The notes: generated by a model not told the origin, from the letters alone. Shown: positions 46,740-57,294, counted from the stretch's first letter. The stretch is DNA of 64,000 nucleotides from an uncultured bacterium (GCA_938005705.1 CALLML010000059.1:931-64930), one strand, 5' to 3'. Translations and numbers: made by a program.

Positions 46740-49661
46740 ATGACCGCAACGCCTCTTCCCGGCTTCACACGGCTCCGCGAAACTGCTGTGCCCGAGCGCC
46801 GTTCCCTTGTGCGCATCTATCGCCATCGCACCGGCGCCGAGGTGATCTCGGTGATGAATGACGATGCCAACAAGGTCTTTGGGATCGTCTTTCGCACCCC
46901 TCCGCGCGATTCCACGGGTATCGCACATGTCCTCGAACATGCCGTCCTGTGCGGCTCACGCAAATACCCCGTCAAGGAACCGTTCGTCGAGCTGCTCAAA
47001 GGCTCTTTGAAGACCTTTCTTAACGCTTTCACCTATCCCGACAAGACCTGTTATCCCGTCGCCAGTCAGAACGAGCGCGATTTCCACAATCTCATAGACG
47101 TCTATCTCGACGCGGTCTTTCATCCGCGCCTGACGCCTGCGAAGCTGAGACAGGAGGGGTGGCATTACGAGCTGGAGTCGCCGAATGGGCCGCTCTCGAT
47201 CAAAGGCGTGGTCTATAATGAGATGAAAGGAGTCTATTCATCGCCCGATTCCCGTTTCGGCGAAGTGTGTCAACAGTCGCTCTTTCCCGATACCACCTAT
47301 GGGTTTGACTCGGGCGGTGATCCCGTTGTCATTCCGCAACTGACGTTCGATGCCTTCCGGCGTTTCCATCGTCTTCATTATCATCCGTCGAATGCGCTCG
47401 TTTTCTTCTACGGCAATGACGATCCCGAGGCGCGATTGCGGCACTTGGCCGAATTCTTCCGGCCTTTTCGCCGCAAGCGCGTCGAGGACCCGGTGGCACT
47501 CCAGGCTCCATTCACCGAGCCTCGTCGGGTGGTGCTGCCGTTTGCCGTCGAACCGGATGCGCCGGGCGCTGATCGGGGTTTTGCCGCTCTCAACTGGGCG
47601 TTGCCCGAGCCGAACGATCCAGTGCGCCTCCTCTCGTTCTCTCTGTTCTCCTATATGCTCAGCGGCACGCCCGCGTCTCCGCTCTATCAGGCGCTCATCG
47701 AATCCGGCCTCGGCGAGGAGGTGATCAGCCACCTGGAAACCCAGTTGCGCCAGATGATGTTCACCGCCGGCTTGCGGGGCATACGGCCTGCGGACACAGC
47801 GCGCATGGAGGCGTTGATAATGGATACGCTCGAACGGGTCGTTCGCGAAGGGTTTCATCCCGAACTGGTAGAGGCGGCCGTCAACACCATCGAGTTTCAA
47901 TTGCGGGAAAACAATACCGGCGGTTATCCGCGCGGACTGGCGATGATGCTCTCCGCTGTGACGCTCTGGCGCTATGGCGGAGACCCGGTGGCGGGGATCG
48001 CGTTCGAATCTACGTTGGCCGAGGTCAAGCGGCGCATCGCCAATCAACCGGATTTCTGGGCCGATATGATCCGCGAACACCTTTTGGCCAATCGGCATCA
48101 CTCACTCGTCGTGCTCGAACCGGACCCGGACTACGGTCGCCGCCGTGAGCAAAAGGAGCGGGAACGCCTGGAACGCATACTGGAAACCTGGACACCGGCG
48201 CGCGCCAGGCACGTGATCCGCGAGGTCGAAAAACTGCACGCGGCGCAGGTCCAACCCGATCCGCCGGAAGCGCTGGCCACAATCCCGACGTTGCAGTTGT
48301 CGGACCTCGATCCGAAAATCGAGTGTTTTCCGAGTGAAGAGACCGAACGCGAAGGGGTCCGCTGGTTCACCCATGACCTGTTCACCAGTGGGGTGGTCTA
48401 TCTCGATTTGGCCTTTCCGCTGCGGAATTTGCCGGCGGCGCTGTTGCCGCATGCGGGCGTGCTGGCCCGCGGTCTCTTTGAAACGGGCACCCATGGCGAA
48501 GACGTGGCGGCCTTTGCTCGCCGTATTCGACGCAAAACCGGCGGCGTGCACGCCGATCCGATGGTGTTTTCGCTCTTGGATCGCCGCGAGGCGACCGCGT
48601 GGTATCGTGTGCGCGGCAAATGCCTGGTCAGCCAGATCGAGGATTTGTGCGCGATATTGGCCGATGCGCTCCTAGATGCCCGTCTCGATTTGGCCGATCG
48701 CATCCGGCAAATGTTGCTGGAGGAAAAGGCGGCGGCTGAAGCGGAGCTGGTGCCCGGCGGATCGAAGGTGGTGCAGAGCCGGTTGGCCGCACAATATCGG
48801 GAGTCGGCCTGGATCGACGAGCTGACCGACGGTCTGGAGCACCTGTTTTGGCTGCGGAAGGTCACGCCATCGCCGGACCGGTTGGCGTCGGCGGTGTTGG
48901 AGCCCCTGGCGGAAGTGCGTCGGCGGCTTTTTGCGCGGCGCGGGGCCCAAGTCAATATCACGACGGCCGCAATGGATTTGCCGCGTGTCGAGTGCGCGGT
49001 CGCCGATCTACTCAGGCGGCTGCCGGTGGAATCGGACGGCGGGCCGGCGGACGGCGACTGGGCGCGTTTGATTTCGCCCGCTCACGAAGCGCTCAGCATT
49101 CCCGCACAGGTCAACTATGTCGGCGCGGCGCTCGACCTGGGCGGCGCCGGTTACGTGTTTCATGGTTCGGCGCTCGCGATCACCCGCTATCTCAATACCA
49201 CGTGGTTGTGGGAACGCGTACGGGTGCAGGGCGGAGCCTATGGCGGGTTTTGTCGTTACGATCGTTCGGCAAATGTGCTGTTTATGTTGTCGTATCGGGA
49301 CCCGAATCTCGAAGAGACGTTGAAAACATTCCGGGACTCGGCCGTATTCCTGCGTGAAGCCTCGATTACGGCCGACGAAATACGCAAATCGATCATCGGG
49401 GCCATTGGAGAGTTGGATGCTCCGCTGCTGCCGGACGCGAAGGGCGTGACCGCCTGGATGTACCGCCTGATCGGTCTGACCGACGAAGAACGCCAGCGCG
49501 TGCGCGATCAGGTCCTCTCGACGGGTCTTGAACATTTTCGCGCGTTCGGTGCCGTCTTGGCGGATGCGCGATCCCGCATCGCCGTGCTCGGAGCGCGCGA
49601 ACGTGTGAGCGGCGCCCCGTTCCCGCCGGGAGAACCGCGTCGCGACATCGCGGTGCTTTAG
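46740..49661 (+). CDS. M16-family (insulinase / PreP-like) zinc metallopeptidase
   Basis: 973 aa. Inverted zinc motif HVLEH followed by the downstream Glu region. The length is typical of presequence-protease-like M16C enzymes. Confidence 0.9.
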   Translation: MTATPLPGFTRLRETAVPERRSLVRIYRHRTGAEVISVMNDDANKVFGIVFRTPPRDSTGIAHVLEHAVLCGSRKYPVKEPFVELLKGSLKTFLNAFTYPDKTCYPVASQNERDFHNLIDVYLDAVFHPRLTPAKLRQEGWHYELESPNGPLSIKGVVYNEMKGVYSSPDSRFGEVCQQSLFPDTTYGFDSGGDPVVIPQLTFDAFRRFHRLHYHPSNALVFFYGNDDPEARLRHLAEFFRPFRRKRVEDPVALQAPFTEPRRVVLPFAVEPDAPGADRGFAALNWALPEPNDPVRLLSFSLFSYMLSGTPASPLYQALIESGLGEEVISHLETQLRQMMFTAGLRGIRPADTARMEALIMDTLERVVREGFHPELVEAAVNTIEFQLRENNTGGYPRGLAMMLSAVTLWRYGGDPVAGIAFESTLAEVKRRIANQPDFWADMIREHLLANRHHSLVVLEPDPDYGRRREQKERERLERILETWTPARARHVIREVEKLHAAQVQPDPPEALATIPTLQLSDLDPKIECFPSEETEREGVRWFTHDLFTSGVVYLDLAFPLRNLPAALLPHAGVLARGLFETGTHGEDVAAFARRIRRKTGGVHADPMVFSLLDRREATAWYRVRGKCLVSQIEDLCAILADALLDARLDLADRIRQMLLEEKAAAEAELVPGGSKVVQSRLAAQYRESAWIDELTDGLEHLFWLRKVTPSPDRLASAVLEPLAEVRRRLFARRGAQVNITTAAMDLPRVECAVADLLRRLPVESDGGPADGDWARLISPAHEALSIPAQVNYVGAALDLGGAGYVFHGSALAITRYLNTTWLWERVRVQGGAYGGFCRYDRSANVLFMLSYRDPNLEETLKTFRDSAVFLREASITADEIRKSIIGAIGELDAPLLPDAKGVTAWMYRLIGLTDEERQRVRDQVLSTGLEHFRAFGAVLADARSRIAVLGARERVSGAPFPPGEPRRDIAVL

Positions 49662-49674
49662 GAGAAGGCGGGCC

Positions 49675-49893
49675 GTGCGCCGACTGCGAGGTTTGCTTCG
49701 TCTGCCGCGGCCGGCAAGAATGGCAGTCGGTGTCGCGCTGCTGGTTCTGGGTGTGCTCGGCCTGTTTTTGCCGGTGGTGCAGGGACTTCTTTTTCTTGCG
49801 GTGGGCGTCGCCGTCCTGTCCGTCGATGTGGTGTGGTTGGCCCGATGGCGTCGCCGTTTCGCCGCTCGACTGCGTCGGAAGGCGAGGCGGTGA
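49675..49893 (+). CDS. small two-TM membrane protein (hypothetical)
   Basis: 72 aa. Two hydrophobic helices flanked by Arg-rich termini. 13 nt after the peptidase stop. Confidence 0.5.
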   Translation: MRRLRGLLRLPRPARMAVGVALLVLGVLGLFLPVVQGLLFLAVGVAVLSVDVVWLARWRRRFAARLRRKARR

Positions 49894-50229
49894 ACGGGGA
49901 TTGGAGAACGGAAAGCACCTGATACGGCGCGGCCGATCCCGACCGGGAAGTCGCGCTGGAAGAAAGTCTTTCGCCGTCGGCGTTTGCGGCCACAGGAAGG
50001 TTGTTTTTTATGGCGCGATCCGGGGGTCGCGATCGCCGGCCTGCGGCCAAAACGGCGCGTCGCGGCGGGACCCGGCGAAAATCCGCTTCGCGTTGCGTCC
50101 CATTGAGACCGCAGAAGGAGGCATCCGTTTCGCCGAATTATGTTCTTTTTGCGGTCCGATTTGGCTATGCTTTTCACCCGTACGGCGAACGGCGGAATGC
50201 GCCGTCCAGCCGCGGGAAAGGATTGGAGT

Positions 50230-51630
50230 ATGGGCGGCTTTTTTGGCGTCGTCTCGAAGACCGATTGCGTCAGCGATCTTTTTTACGGCACGGATTATCA
50301 TTCTCATCTCGGCACCCAGCGCGGCGGTATGGCGGTGCTGAACAAAGGCGAGTTTCAACGGTTCATCCACGACATCCGCAATGCGCAATTCCGATCCAAG
50401 TTCGCCGAAGATGTGTTGAAGCTCTCCGGACCAGCGGGCATCGGCGTCATCAGCGATTACGAAGATCAGCCCTTACTCATATCCTCGCATCTGGGCACCT
50501 ATGCGATCGTCACGGTGGGTGTTGTTCGCAACCTGGAAGCGCTCCGGGCTGAGGCGTTTCGAAAACGCACGACCCACTTTTCTGAAATGAGCAACGGCGC
50601 CACAAATCCCACGGAATTGGTGGCGACGCTCATCAACAGTCAGGGGAGCTTCACCGATGGCCTCCGCTATGCGCAGGAAACGATCGAAGGATCCTGTTCA
50701 ATTTTGCTGCTGACCGAGCAGGGTCTCCACGCCGCCCGAGACCGATGGGGGCGCACGCCGGTGTTGCTGGGCGAGAAAGAGGGGGCTTGCGCCGTGAGTT
50801 TTGAGTCCTGCGCGTTTCCGAATCTGGGCTTCCACGGTGTTCGTGATCTCGGTCCAGGCGAAATCGTGCGCGTCGAGGCGGACGGTTTTGTGACGGAGCG
50901 GCCGCCGCTGCCGGAGATGCGTATTTGTTCGTTCCTTTGGATTTATTACGGTTATCCGGCCTCCACCTACGAGGGGCGCAATGTCGAGGAAGTGCGCAAC
51001 CGTTGCGGCGCCCGATTGGCCGCCGGCGATACCGTTGAGGTGGATTGTGTCTGCGGCATTCCGGATTCGGGCATTGGCCATGCGTTGGGCTACGCGGCCA
51101 TGCGCGGCATACCCTACCGCCGTCCGTTCGTTAAATATACGCCGACCTGGCCGCGCAGCTTTCTGCCTCAAAACCAGCAGGTGCGCGATCTTGTGGCGCG
51201 GATGAAACTGATCCCAATCCGCGAGCTCATCGAAGGGCGGCGCTTGCTCTTCTGCGAGGATTCGATTGTGCGGGGAACTCAGCTGAAGGACACGATTCGG
51301 CGGCTGTACGATTATGGTGCGCGCGAGGTCCACATGCGAGTAGCCTGTCCGCCGCTGATGTATGGCTGTCCGTATTTGAACTTTTCGCGTTCACGGTCCG
51401 AACTGGATTTGGCGGCTCGTCAGGTTGCCCATGAGATGGAGGGCGGCTCGCCCGCCTCGTTTGGGCCGTATCAGGACCCCGACGCCTCTGAACACGCGGA
51501 GATGTGCCGCCGAATCAGCGCTCGGCTCGGTCTAACCTCGCTTCGCTATCAGCGGCTGGACGACATGGTGGACGCTATCGGCCTGCCGAGAGAGCGGCTC
51601 TGCACCTATTGCTGGAATCGCGAGGGATGA
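50230..51630 (+). CDS. amidophosphoribosyltransferase-like protein (PurF family, Gly in place of the N-terminal nucleophile Cys)
   Basis: 466 aa from the ATG at 50230 (ggag RBS). Ntn-amidotransferase-like N-domain begins MGGFFGV. PRTase motif VDCVCGIPDSGIGHALGYA and LLFCEDSIVRGTQ. Confidence 0.82.
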   Translation: MGGFFGVVSKTDCVSDLFYGTDYHSHLGTQRGGMAVLNKGEFQRFIHDIRNAQFRSKFAEDVLKLSGPAGIGVISDYEDQPLLISSHLGTYAIVTVGVVRNLEALRAEAFRKRTTHFSEMSNGATNPTELVATLINSQGSFTDGLRYAQETIEGSCSILLLTEQGLHAARDRWGRTPVLLGEKEGACAVSFESCAFPNLGFHGVRDLGPGEIVRVEADGFVTERPPLPEMRICSFLWIYYGYPASTYEGRNVEEVRNRCGARLAAGDTVEVDCVCGIPDSGIGHALGYAAMRGIPYRRPFVKYTPTWPRSFLPQNQQVRDLVARMKLIPIRELIEGRRLLFCEDSIVRGTQLKDTIRRLYDYGAREVHMRVACPPLMYGCPYLNFSRSRSELDLAARQVAHEMEGGSPASFGPYQDPDASEHAEMCRRISARLGLTSLRYQRLDDMVDAIGLPRERLCTYCWNREG

Positions 51631-52400
51631 GACGCCGTTCCGCTTTCCGACTCGGTCTGTCGCGCGGACATCCAGGCATCGGTGGCGAGACGGTTCCATA
51701 CATATTCCATCAGCGTTTTCAGATTTCGCGTATCCGCCTGGTTGTAGGCGATGAGGCGATCGAGCGCGGCGGCCGACCCGTTTCGATATTCCCGCCAGAG
51801 TCGAACCGCGTCCCATCCGGACAGCCCTTCCACTTCCGGCGCCCGGACTATGCCAAGCACACGCTCGATGCGTTTGAGCCCGCCTTTCAAACCTAAGCGG
51901 CGAAGGGGATACATCAGATCCACGTGAAACGCGTTGAGGGGCTCGCGAAAGTATGCCTGTAGCAGGGGAAGATCAAAATGGGCACCGTTGAAGGTCACCA
52001 GCAGAGGATGCCTATCAATCTGGCATAGCGCCTGATCCAGATCTCGTCCTGCAATGTAAGGGTGGTAGGTGTGCCCGTCAAACAAACCGATCATCGTGAG
52101 AGTATTAGCCGCATCGCCTTCGGTCTCGATGTCCAGATACAGTGCCGATTCCCCGAAATCGCCGTAAGCGCGCCAGTGCGCCGTCGTCGGCAGCAGATGG
52201 TCCAGCCGATCCCACGCGCCGCGATCCCAGCAGGCGACACACTCCTCCACACGGCGGCGGTTTTCCGCGCGCATCGCCGCCGGACCGGGCGCAACGGCGG
52301 CGGCCAGGTATTGGGCCCAGTCGGTCCAGCCCTCCGTCCACCAGCGGCGTTCCGTGGCCTCGCCGACGCCGTGGAGATGCAGAAAGGTCCGGCGCAGCAT
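51606..52400 (-). CDS. RNase H-like domain protein (predicted 3'-5' exonuclease, YprB-type)
   Basis: 264 aa. ALYLDIETEG acidic motif and downstream HFDLP...YNQADT pattern. Confidence 0.65.
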   Translation of the reverse strand: MLRRTFLHLHGVGEATERRWWTEGWTDWAQYLAAAVAPGPAAMRAENRRRVEECVACWDRGAWDRLDHLLPTTAHWRAYGDFGESALYLDIETEGDAANTLTMIGLFDGHTYHPYIAGRDLDQALCQIDRHPLLVTFNGAHFDLPLLQAYFREPLNAFHVDLMYPLRRLGLKGGLKRIERVLGIVRAPEVEGLSGWDAVRLWREYRNGSAAALDRLIAYNQADTRNLKTLMEYVWNRLATDAWMSARQTESESGTASHPSRFQQ

Positions 52401-52409
52401 AACGCTTTC

Positions 52410-53063
52410 TCACCGACGCCGGCACATCTGAGGATCGTGCCGGCGTTCGAAGGCCGCGATCGCTTCTTCGTGAGCGAGGGTGAGGGCGATGTCGTCGAGG
52501 CCGTTCAACAGCGTCTCCTTCGCAGAGGGTTCGATCTCGAAGCGAAAAACGCGCGGCGGGTTGTCGAGCAATTCGAGGGTCTGGTCCGCGAGCCAGATAC
52601 GTCCCCGCAGTCCCTCGCGACGCGCGACCGCCTGGAAAATAAACTCGACCTCTTCTTCCGACAATTCAATCGGCAACAGGCCGTTCTTGATCGCATTGTT
52701 TCGGAAAATGTCGGCGAAGGCCGGCACACAGTTTTTCCCCTCACCGCGCCGTGGCGCGATGACCGCCCGGAATCCGTACTGTCGAACGGCCCACACGGCA
52801 TGCTCACGGCTGGAGCCGCACCCGAAATTGTTCCGGGTCACCAAGATGCTCGCGCCCCGAAACCGCGGCGCATTCAACTCGAAATCGGGGTTGGGGGATC
52901 CGTCGGCCCGATAGCGCCAGTCGAAGAAGAGATTCTCACCAAATCCGGTTCTCACGATAGATTTCAAAAACTGCTTGGGAATAATCTGATCGGTGTCCAC
53001 ATTGGCGCGATCCAGCGTGGCGATCAATCCCTCATGCTCGACGAACGGTTCCATGTGCGTCAC
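52410..53063 (-). CDS. leuD: 3-isopropylmalate dehydratase small subunit
   Basis: 217 aa. [12 protein letters not shown] and [18 protein letters not shown] overlap with leuC. Confidence 0.94.
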   Translation of the reverse strand: MTHMEPFVEHEGLIATLDRANVDTDQIIPKQFLKSIVRTGFGENLFFDWRYRADGSPNPDFELNAPRFRGASILVTRNNFGCGSSREHAVWAVRQYGFRAVIAPRRGEGKNCVPAFADIFRNNAIKNGLLPIELSEEEVEFIFQAVARREGLRGRIWLADQTLELLDNPPRVFRFEIEPSAKETLLNGLDDIALTLAHEEAIAAFERRHDPQMCRRR

Positions 53064-54460
53064 TCCCAGGTGCGAATATCCACAAAATGTCCGGCCACGG
53101 CGGCGGCGGCCGCCATCTCCGGGCTAACCAGATGCGTGCGGCCGCCCTTGCCTTGTCGTCCCTCAAAATTGCGATTCGAGGTCGAGGCACATCGCTCACC
53201 CGCCGAAAGTCGGTCAGGGTTCATGGCCAGACACATGCTGCAGCCCGCATAGCGCCATTCAGCGCCGGCCTCAGTGAAAATGCGATCAAGTCCTTCGGCC
53301 TCAGCCTGACGCCGCACGGCCTGGGATCCGGGCACGACCAGAAACCGCACGTGCGGCGCCTTACGGCGCCCTTTGAGCATGGCCGCCGCCCGCCGCAAAT
53401 CTTCGATGCGCCCGTTCGTGCAGCTGCCGATGAAAACGGTATCGATGCGAATGTCTTGTATCGGTGTCCCGGGCGTCAGTCCCATGTAGGCCAGTGCCTG
53501 TTCGACGTCCCGGCGCGAGTAGCCGGGGACCTTGTCGGGATCGGGCACACAGCCGGTGACGTCGGTGACCATGCCGGGGCTGGTACCCCAGGTCACCTGG
53601 GGTGCGATCTCATCGGCGCGAATGGTCACCTGTCGGTCATATGTTGCGTCGGGGTCGCTAGGCAGTGTGCGCCAGAACTCCACCGCGCGGGCGAAAGCCT
53701 CCCCACGGGGGGCAAATGGACGATCCCCGGCGGCGATATATTCGAAGGTGGTGTCGTCCGGCGCGATGAGCCCCGCGCGCGCGCCGGCCTCGATGGACAT
53801 ATTGCATACGGTCAATCGGCCCTCAATGGAGAGTGCGCGGATGGCTTCCCCCGTGTATTCGATTACGGCGCCTGTACCGCCGGCTGTCCCGATGAGGCCG
53901 ATGAGCTTGAGGATCATGTCCTTGGCCGTCACGCGCGGCTGCAAGCGGCCGACAAATTCCACCCGCATATTGAGCGACGGCCGCTGGCGGAGCGTTTGGG
54001 TCGCCAGCACATGCTCAACCTCGGACGTGCCGATGCCGAAGGCCAGCGCCCCGAACGCGCCGTGGGTCGCTGTGTGCGAATCTCCGCAGACGATCGTCGT
54101 GCCGGGCAGCGTCAGGCCGAGTTCGGGGCCGAGAATGTGCACAATGCCGTTTTGCCCACTCTTGAGATCGAAGATGCGAATGCCGAATTCCGCGCAGTTG
54201 CGTTCGAGTGCTTCGATTTGGGCCCGTGAGATCGGGTCGCGGATCACGCGCTGATCATCAGTCGGCACGTTGTGATCCATCGTGGCAAAAGTCAGGTCGG
54301 GGCGGCGAACCCGCCGTTTCGCCAGCCGCAAGCCGTCAAATGCCTGGGGGCTGGTGACTTCATGGACGAGATGTCGGTCGATATAGAGCAGGGTGGTGCC
54401 GTCGCCCATGTCGCAGACCCGATGCCGATCCCAAATTTTCTGATAGAGTGTTTTGCTCAT
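53060..54460 (-). CDS. leuC: 3-isopropylmalate dehydratase large subunit
   Basis: 466 aa from the ATG at 54460 ([13 protein letters not shown]). [31 protein letters not shown] and CSMCLAMN Fe-S ligand motifs. Confidence 0.95.
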   Translation of the reverse strand: MSKTLYQKIWDRHRVCDMGDGTTLLYIDRHLVHEVTSPQAFDGLRLAKRRVRRPDLTFATMDHNVPTDDQRVIRDPISRAQIEALERNCAEFGIRIFDLKSGQNGIVHILGPELGLTLPGTTIVCGDSHTATHGAFGALAFGIGTSEVEHVLATQTLRQRPSLNMRVEFVGRLQPRVTAKDMILKLIGLIGTAGGTGAVIEYTGEAIRALSIEGRLTVCNMSIEAGARAGLIAPDDTTFEYIAAGDRPFAPRGEAFARAVEFWRTLPSDPDATYDRQVTIRADEIAPQVTWGTSPGMVTDVTGCVPDPDKVPGYSRRDVEQALAYMGLTPGTPIQDIRIDTVFIGSCTNGRIEDLRRAAAMLKGRRKAPHVRFLVVPGSQAVRRQAEAEGLDRIFTEAGAEWRYAGCSMCLAMNPDRLSAGERCASTSNRNFEGRQGKGGRTHLVSPEMAAAAAVAGHFVDIRTWE

Positions 54461-54640
54461 GCTATATCCCATGTTCGCGAAACGCGCCAAGGCCGCGTCA
54501 TTGAGATGGACAATATACACGCGCATGGAGGGAGACTGCAAGGGCGGCCGCACGCCGCGCTTGCTTTCCGAGCGGGATTGACCTAACGTGAAGACGGTCA
54601 TCAGTAAAGACTGCTCCCGGTCTCGGGATCAGGGAGCAAA

Positions 54641-54835
54641 TGTACGAATGATCCGGATATGGTCTTTATGTGCCCGTTGCTTATGGCGCGAGCAAGCTCG
54701 CGCCACTACGTCCGAAGAATGTTGGGCCTGAGCCTGAGCTTGTGGAAGACCTCGCCGTAGCCCGAGGGCGAAGGCGGGCTGAGGCCGCGATGTCGTAGAC
54801 GAGTAGGGCAGGACAATTATTAGACGACTCGTACA
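54641..54835 (+). repeat. intergenic structured repeat, copy D (expanded third hairpin), 8 nt upstream of tRNA-Ser
   Basis: ggcgcgagcaagctcgcgccactacgtccgaagaatgttgggcc aligns with copy A. There is about 40 nt of extra sequence between ggcctgagc and gaggccgcg. Terminal inverted tgtacga...tcgtaca. Confidence 0.78.
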
Positions 54836-54843
54836 CGATCTTG

Positions 54844-54938
54844 GGAGAGGTGGCTGAGTGGCTGAAAGCAACGGTTTGCTAAACCGTCATACTGGACTAA
54901 ATCCGGTATCGGGGGTTCGAATCCCCCCCTCTCCGCCA
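54844..54938 (+). tRNA. tRNA-Ser (anticodon GCU), long variable arm, CCA encoded
   Basis: Acceptor GGAGAGG/CCTCTCC, anticodon stem ACGGT/ACCGT with loop TTGCTAA, 7-bp variable stem TACTGGA/TCCGGTA, T-arm GGGGG TTCGAAT CCCCC. Confidence 0.9.
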
Positions 54939-55045
54939 GGCGCTGCGACCGCATGGCGTACCTTCGTTCCGGGCTTGCATCCGGGCGCTGACGCATTATC
55001 TTTGTCCCCCACGGAACTCGGCGGAAAAGACTAAAGCCAAACACC

Positions 55046-56395
55046 ATGTCGAATACCTCTTATTGCCCTATTTCCGACAGGGATCGGGATGCCCTATTGC
55101 GAGCGGTCAGTGCGAAGGACGTGGAAAGTTTATTCGAAGATATCCCTCATGAACTGCGCGCCAAAGAGTTTCAGATAGCGTCCGGTATTTCGGAGCTGGA
55201 GATGACGCGGCGCCTTCGGGCGCTCGCGGCCCGCAATTCAACGGATTTGATCAATTTCTGCGGCGGAGGCTTCTACGATCATTTCATTCCCTCCGCGGTC
55301 TCCGCCCTGGCAGGTCGAGGCGAGTTCTATACGGCCTACACCCCCTATCAGGCCGAGGCCTCGCAAGGCACGCTGCAGGCGATTTATGAATATCAGACGG
55401 CCATCACGCTGTTGACGGAGATGGATGTCGCCAACGCGTCGCTCTACGATGGTGGCACGGCGCTGTTCGAGGCCCTATTGATGGGATTGCGCGCCACGAA
55501 ACGGGATCGGGCGCTGGTGGACGGCAGCGTGAATCCAATCTACCGCGTCATGTTGCGCAGCTATACGGCCAACCTGTCCTTGGATTATCGGGAGTTGAGC
55601 CTGCGTAATGGAATTATGGATCGTCCGGCCTTCGAGGCGGCCCTGGACGAGCGGGTCGGCGTCGTGCTGCTGCAGTATCCGAATTTCTTCGGGTGCGTGG
55701 AGGACTATACCGATCTGATTGCTCAGGCACACCGCGTAGGGGCGGTGGTTGTTGTCTCCACGTATCCCATCGCGCTCGCCGTCTTGAAAACGCCGGGCGC
55801 TATGGGGGCGGACATCGTCACCGGCGAGGGGCAGAGTCTCGGTTTGCCGCTTTCATTCGGCGGCCCCTATCTCGGTTTCATGGCCACCCGGGAACAGTGG
55901 GTGCGAAGGATGCCCGGGCGCATCGTGGGCGCCGCGTCGGACGCGCAGGGACGCCGTGGCTTCACCCTGACGCTCCAGACGCGGGAGCAACATATCCGTC
56001 GGGAAAAAGCGACCTCCAACATCTGCACCAACGAAGGCCTTTGCGCCTTGCGCGCTGTCATTTACTTGTCGCTGCTCGGTCGGCAGGGGTTTGTCGAAGT
56101 GGCGGAGCGCTGCGCCGCGGCCGCGGCCTACGGTTTTCGTCGGCTCTGTGCGATTCCCGGTGTGAAACCGGCCTTTGACGCGCCGTTCTTCAACGAGTTC
56201 GCGGTTCAATTGCCGCGGGACGCCGCGGATGTCGTGGGCGAACTGATTGATCACGGCATTGCCGCCGGTTTTCCGGTCTCCCGGTATTATCCGGACATGG
56301 ATCGCGTCTTGCTGCTGGCATTCACGGAAAAACGGTCCAAAGAGGAGATTGACCTCCTGGCGACGCGACTGGAAGGGGCGCTGGCGCGCCGTTGA
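55046..56395 (+). CDS. gcvPA: glycine dehydrogenase (aminomethyl-transferring) subunit 1
   Basis: 449 aa. YTPYQAEASQGTLQAIYEYQT and overall subunit-1 length and organisation. Confidence 0.9.
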   Translation: MSNTSYCPISDRDRDALLRAVSAKDVESLFEDIPHELRAKEFQIASGISELEMTRRLRALAARNSTDLINFCGGGFYDHFIPSAVSALAGRGEFYTAYTPYQAEASQGTLQAIYEYQTAITLLTEMDVANASLYDGGTALFEALLMGLRATKRDRALVDGSVNPIYRVMLRSYTANLSLDYRELSLRNGIMDRPAFEAALDERVGVVLLQYPNFFGCVEDYTDLIAQAHRVGAVVVVSTYPIALAVLKTPGAMGADIVTGEGQSLGLPLSFGGPYLGFMATREQWVRRMPGRIVGAASDAQGRRGFTLTLQTREQHIRREKATSNICTNEGLCALRAVIYLSLLGRQGFVEVAERCAAAAAYGFRRLCAIPGVKPAFDAPFFNEFAVQLPRDAADVVGELIDHGIAAGFPVSRYYPDMDRVLLLAFTEKRSKEEIDLLATRLEGALARR

Positions 56396-56468
56396 GGGCA
56401 CTCCGTCCTCGTAGGGGCCGGCCAGAGGCGCGGAAACCCCAGCCACGACACTATACCGGTGTGGAAAA

Positions 56469-57275
56469 ATGCGCGGAAACTGGATGGAATGGCCCCCGCT
56501 GGTGTTGACGGTTCTGGGTACGTTGTTTACCTGGGGCGTGACGGCGCTGGGCGCGGCAGCCGTCTTCATTCGGCGAGATCCCAGTCGAAAGATGCACGAC
56601 GTGATGCTGGGGTTTGCCGCCGGCGTGATGATCGCGGCCAGCTATTGGTCACTTCTGGCACCCGCCATCGAGATGTCGGAGAAATGGGGCCGATGGGCGT
56701 TTGTGCCCGCGACGGTGGGGTTTCTGCTCGGAGGTGCGTTTTTGCGACTCGCCGACCGTTTGCTGCCTCACCAGCATCCGTCGGTGGCGGGTGCGGAGGG
56801 CCTGCACACGAGCTGGCGGCGCAGCGTGCTGCTGGTGACGGCGATCACACTGCACAATATCCCGGAAGGTCTGGCGGTGGGGGTGGCCTTCGGCGCGGCG
56901 GCGGCGGGCGATGCCTCGTACAGCATGGCTTCCGCGTTGGCGCTGTCCCTCGGCATCGGCATCCAGAATTTTCCCGAAGGCGTGGCGGTTGCCTTACCCC
57001 TTCGTCGCACCGGCATGTCCCGGCGAAAATGCTTCTTCTGGGGACAGCTTTCCGGCGCAGTCGAGCCCGTAGCCGGGCTGCTGGGACTTTGGGCAGTGAC
57101 GGTCGCCCGCCCGCTGTTGCCCTATGCGTTGGGATTCGCCGCCGGCGCGATGATCTACGTCGTGGTCGAGGACGCCATTCCCGAATCGCAGGGGGGCGAG
57201 CACAGCGATCTGGCCACGATCGGCGCTATGCTGGGTTTCGCCCTGATGATGACGCTTGATGTGGCGCTGGGCTAG
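56469..57275 (+). CDS. ZIP-family divalent metal transporter
   Basis: 268 aa. Multi-pass membrane protein with the HNIPEGLAVG signature. Confidence 0.85.
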   Translation: MRGNWMEWPPLVLTVLGTLFTWGVTALGAAAVFIRRDPSRKMHDVMLGFAAGVMIAASYWSLLAPAIEMSEKWGRWAFVPATVGFLLGGAFLRLADRLLPHQHPSVAGAEGLHTSWRRSVLLVTAITLHNIPEGLAVGVAFGAAAAGDASYSMASALALSLGIGIQNFPEGVAVALPLRRTGMSRRKCFFWGQLSGAVEPVAGLLGLWAVTVARPLLPYALGFAAGAMIYVVVEDAIPESQGGEHSDLATIGAMLGFALMMTLDVALG

Positions 57276-57294
57276 AAGGGAGGCTTGGCCTGTC

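Noticed and set aside
49894-50229. ZTP/purine-type riboswitch upstream of the purF-like gene
   Set aside because: gggggtcgcgatcgccgg loosely resembles the pfl 5' half, but the obligatory CCGCCUGGGC 3' element is absent.
54939-55045. Glycine riboswitch upstream of gcvPA
   Set aside because: The leader is only 107 nt and lacks the tandem GGAGAG...CACCGAAGGGGCAA-type aptamer motifs.
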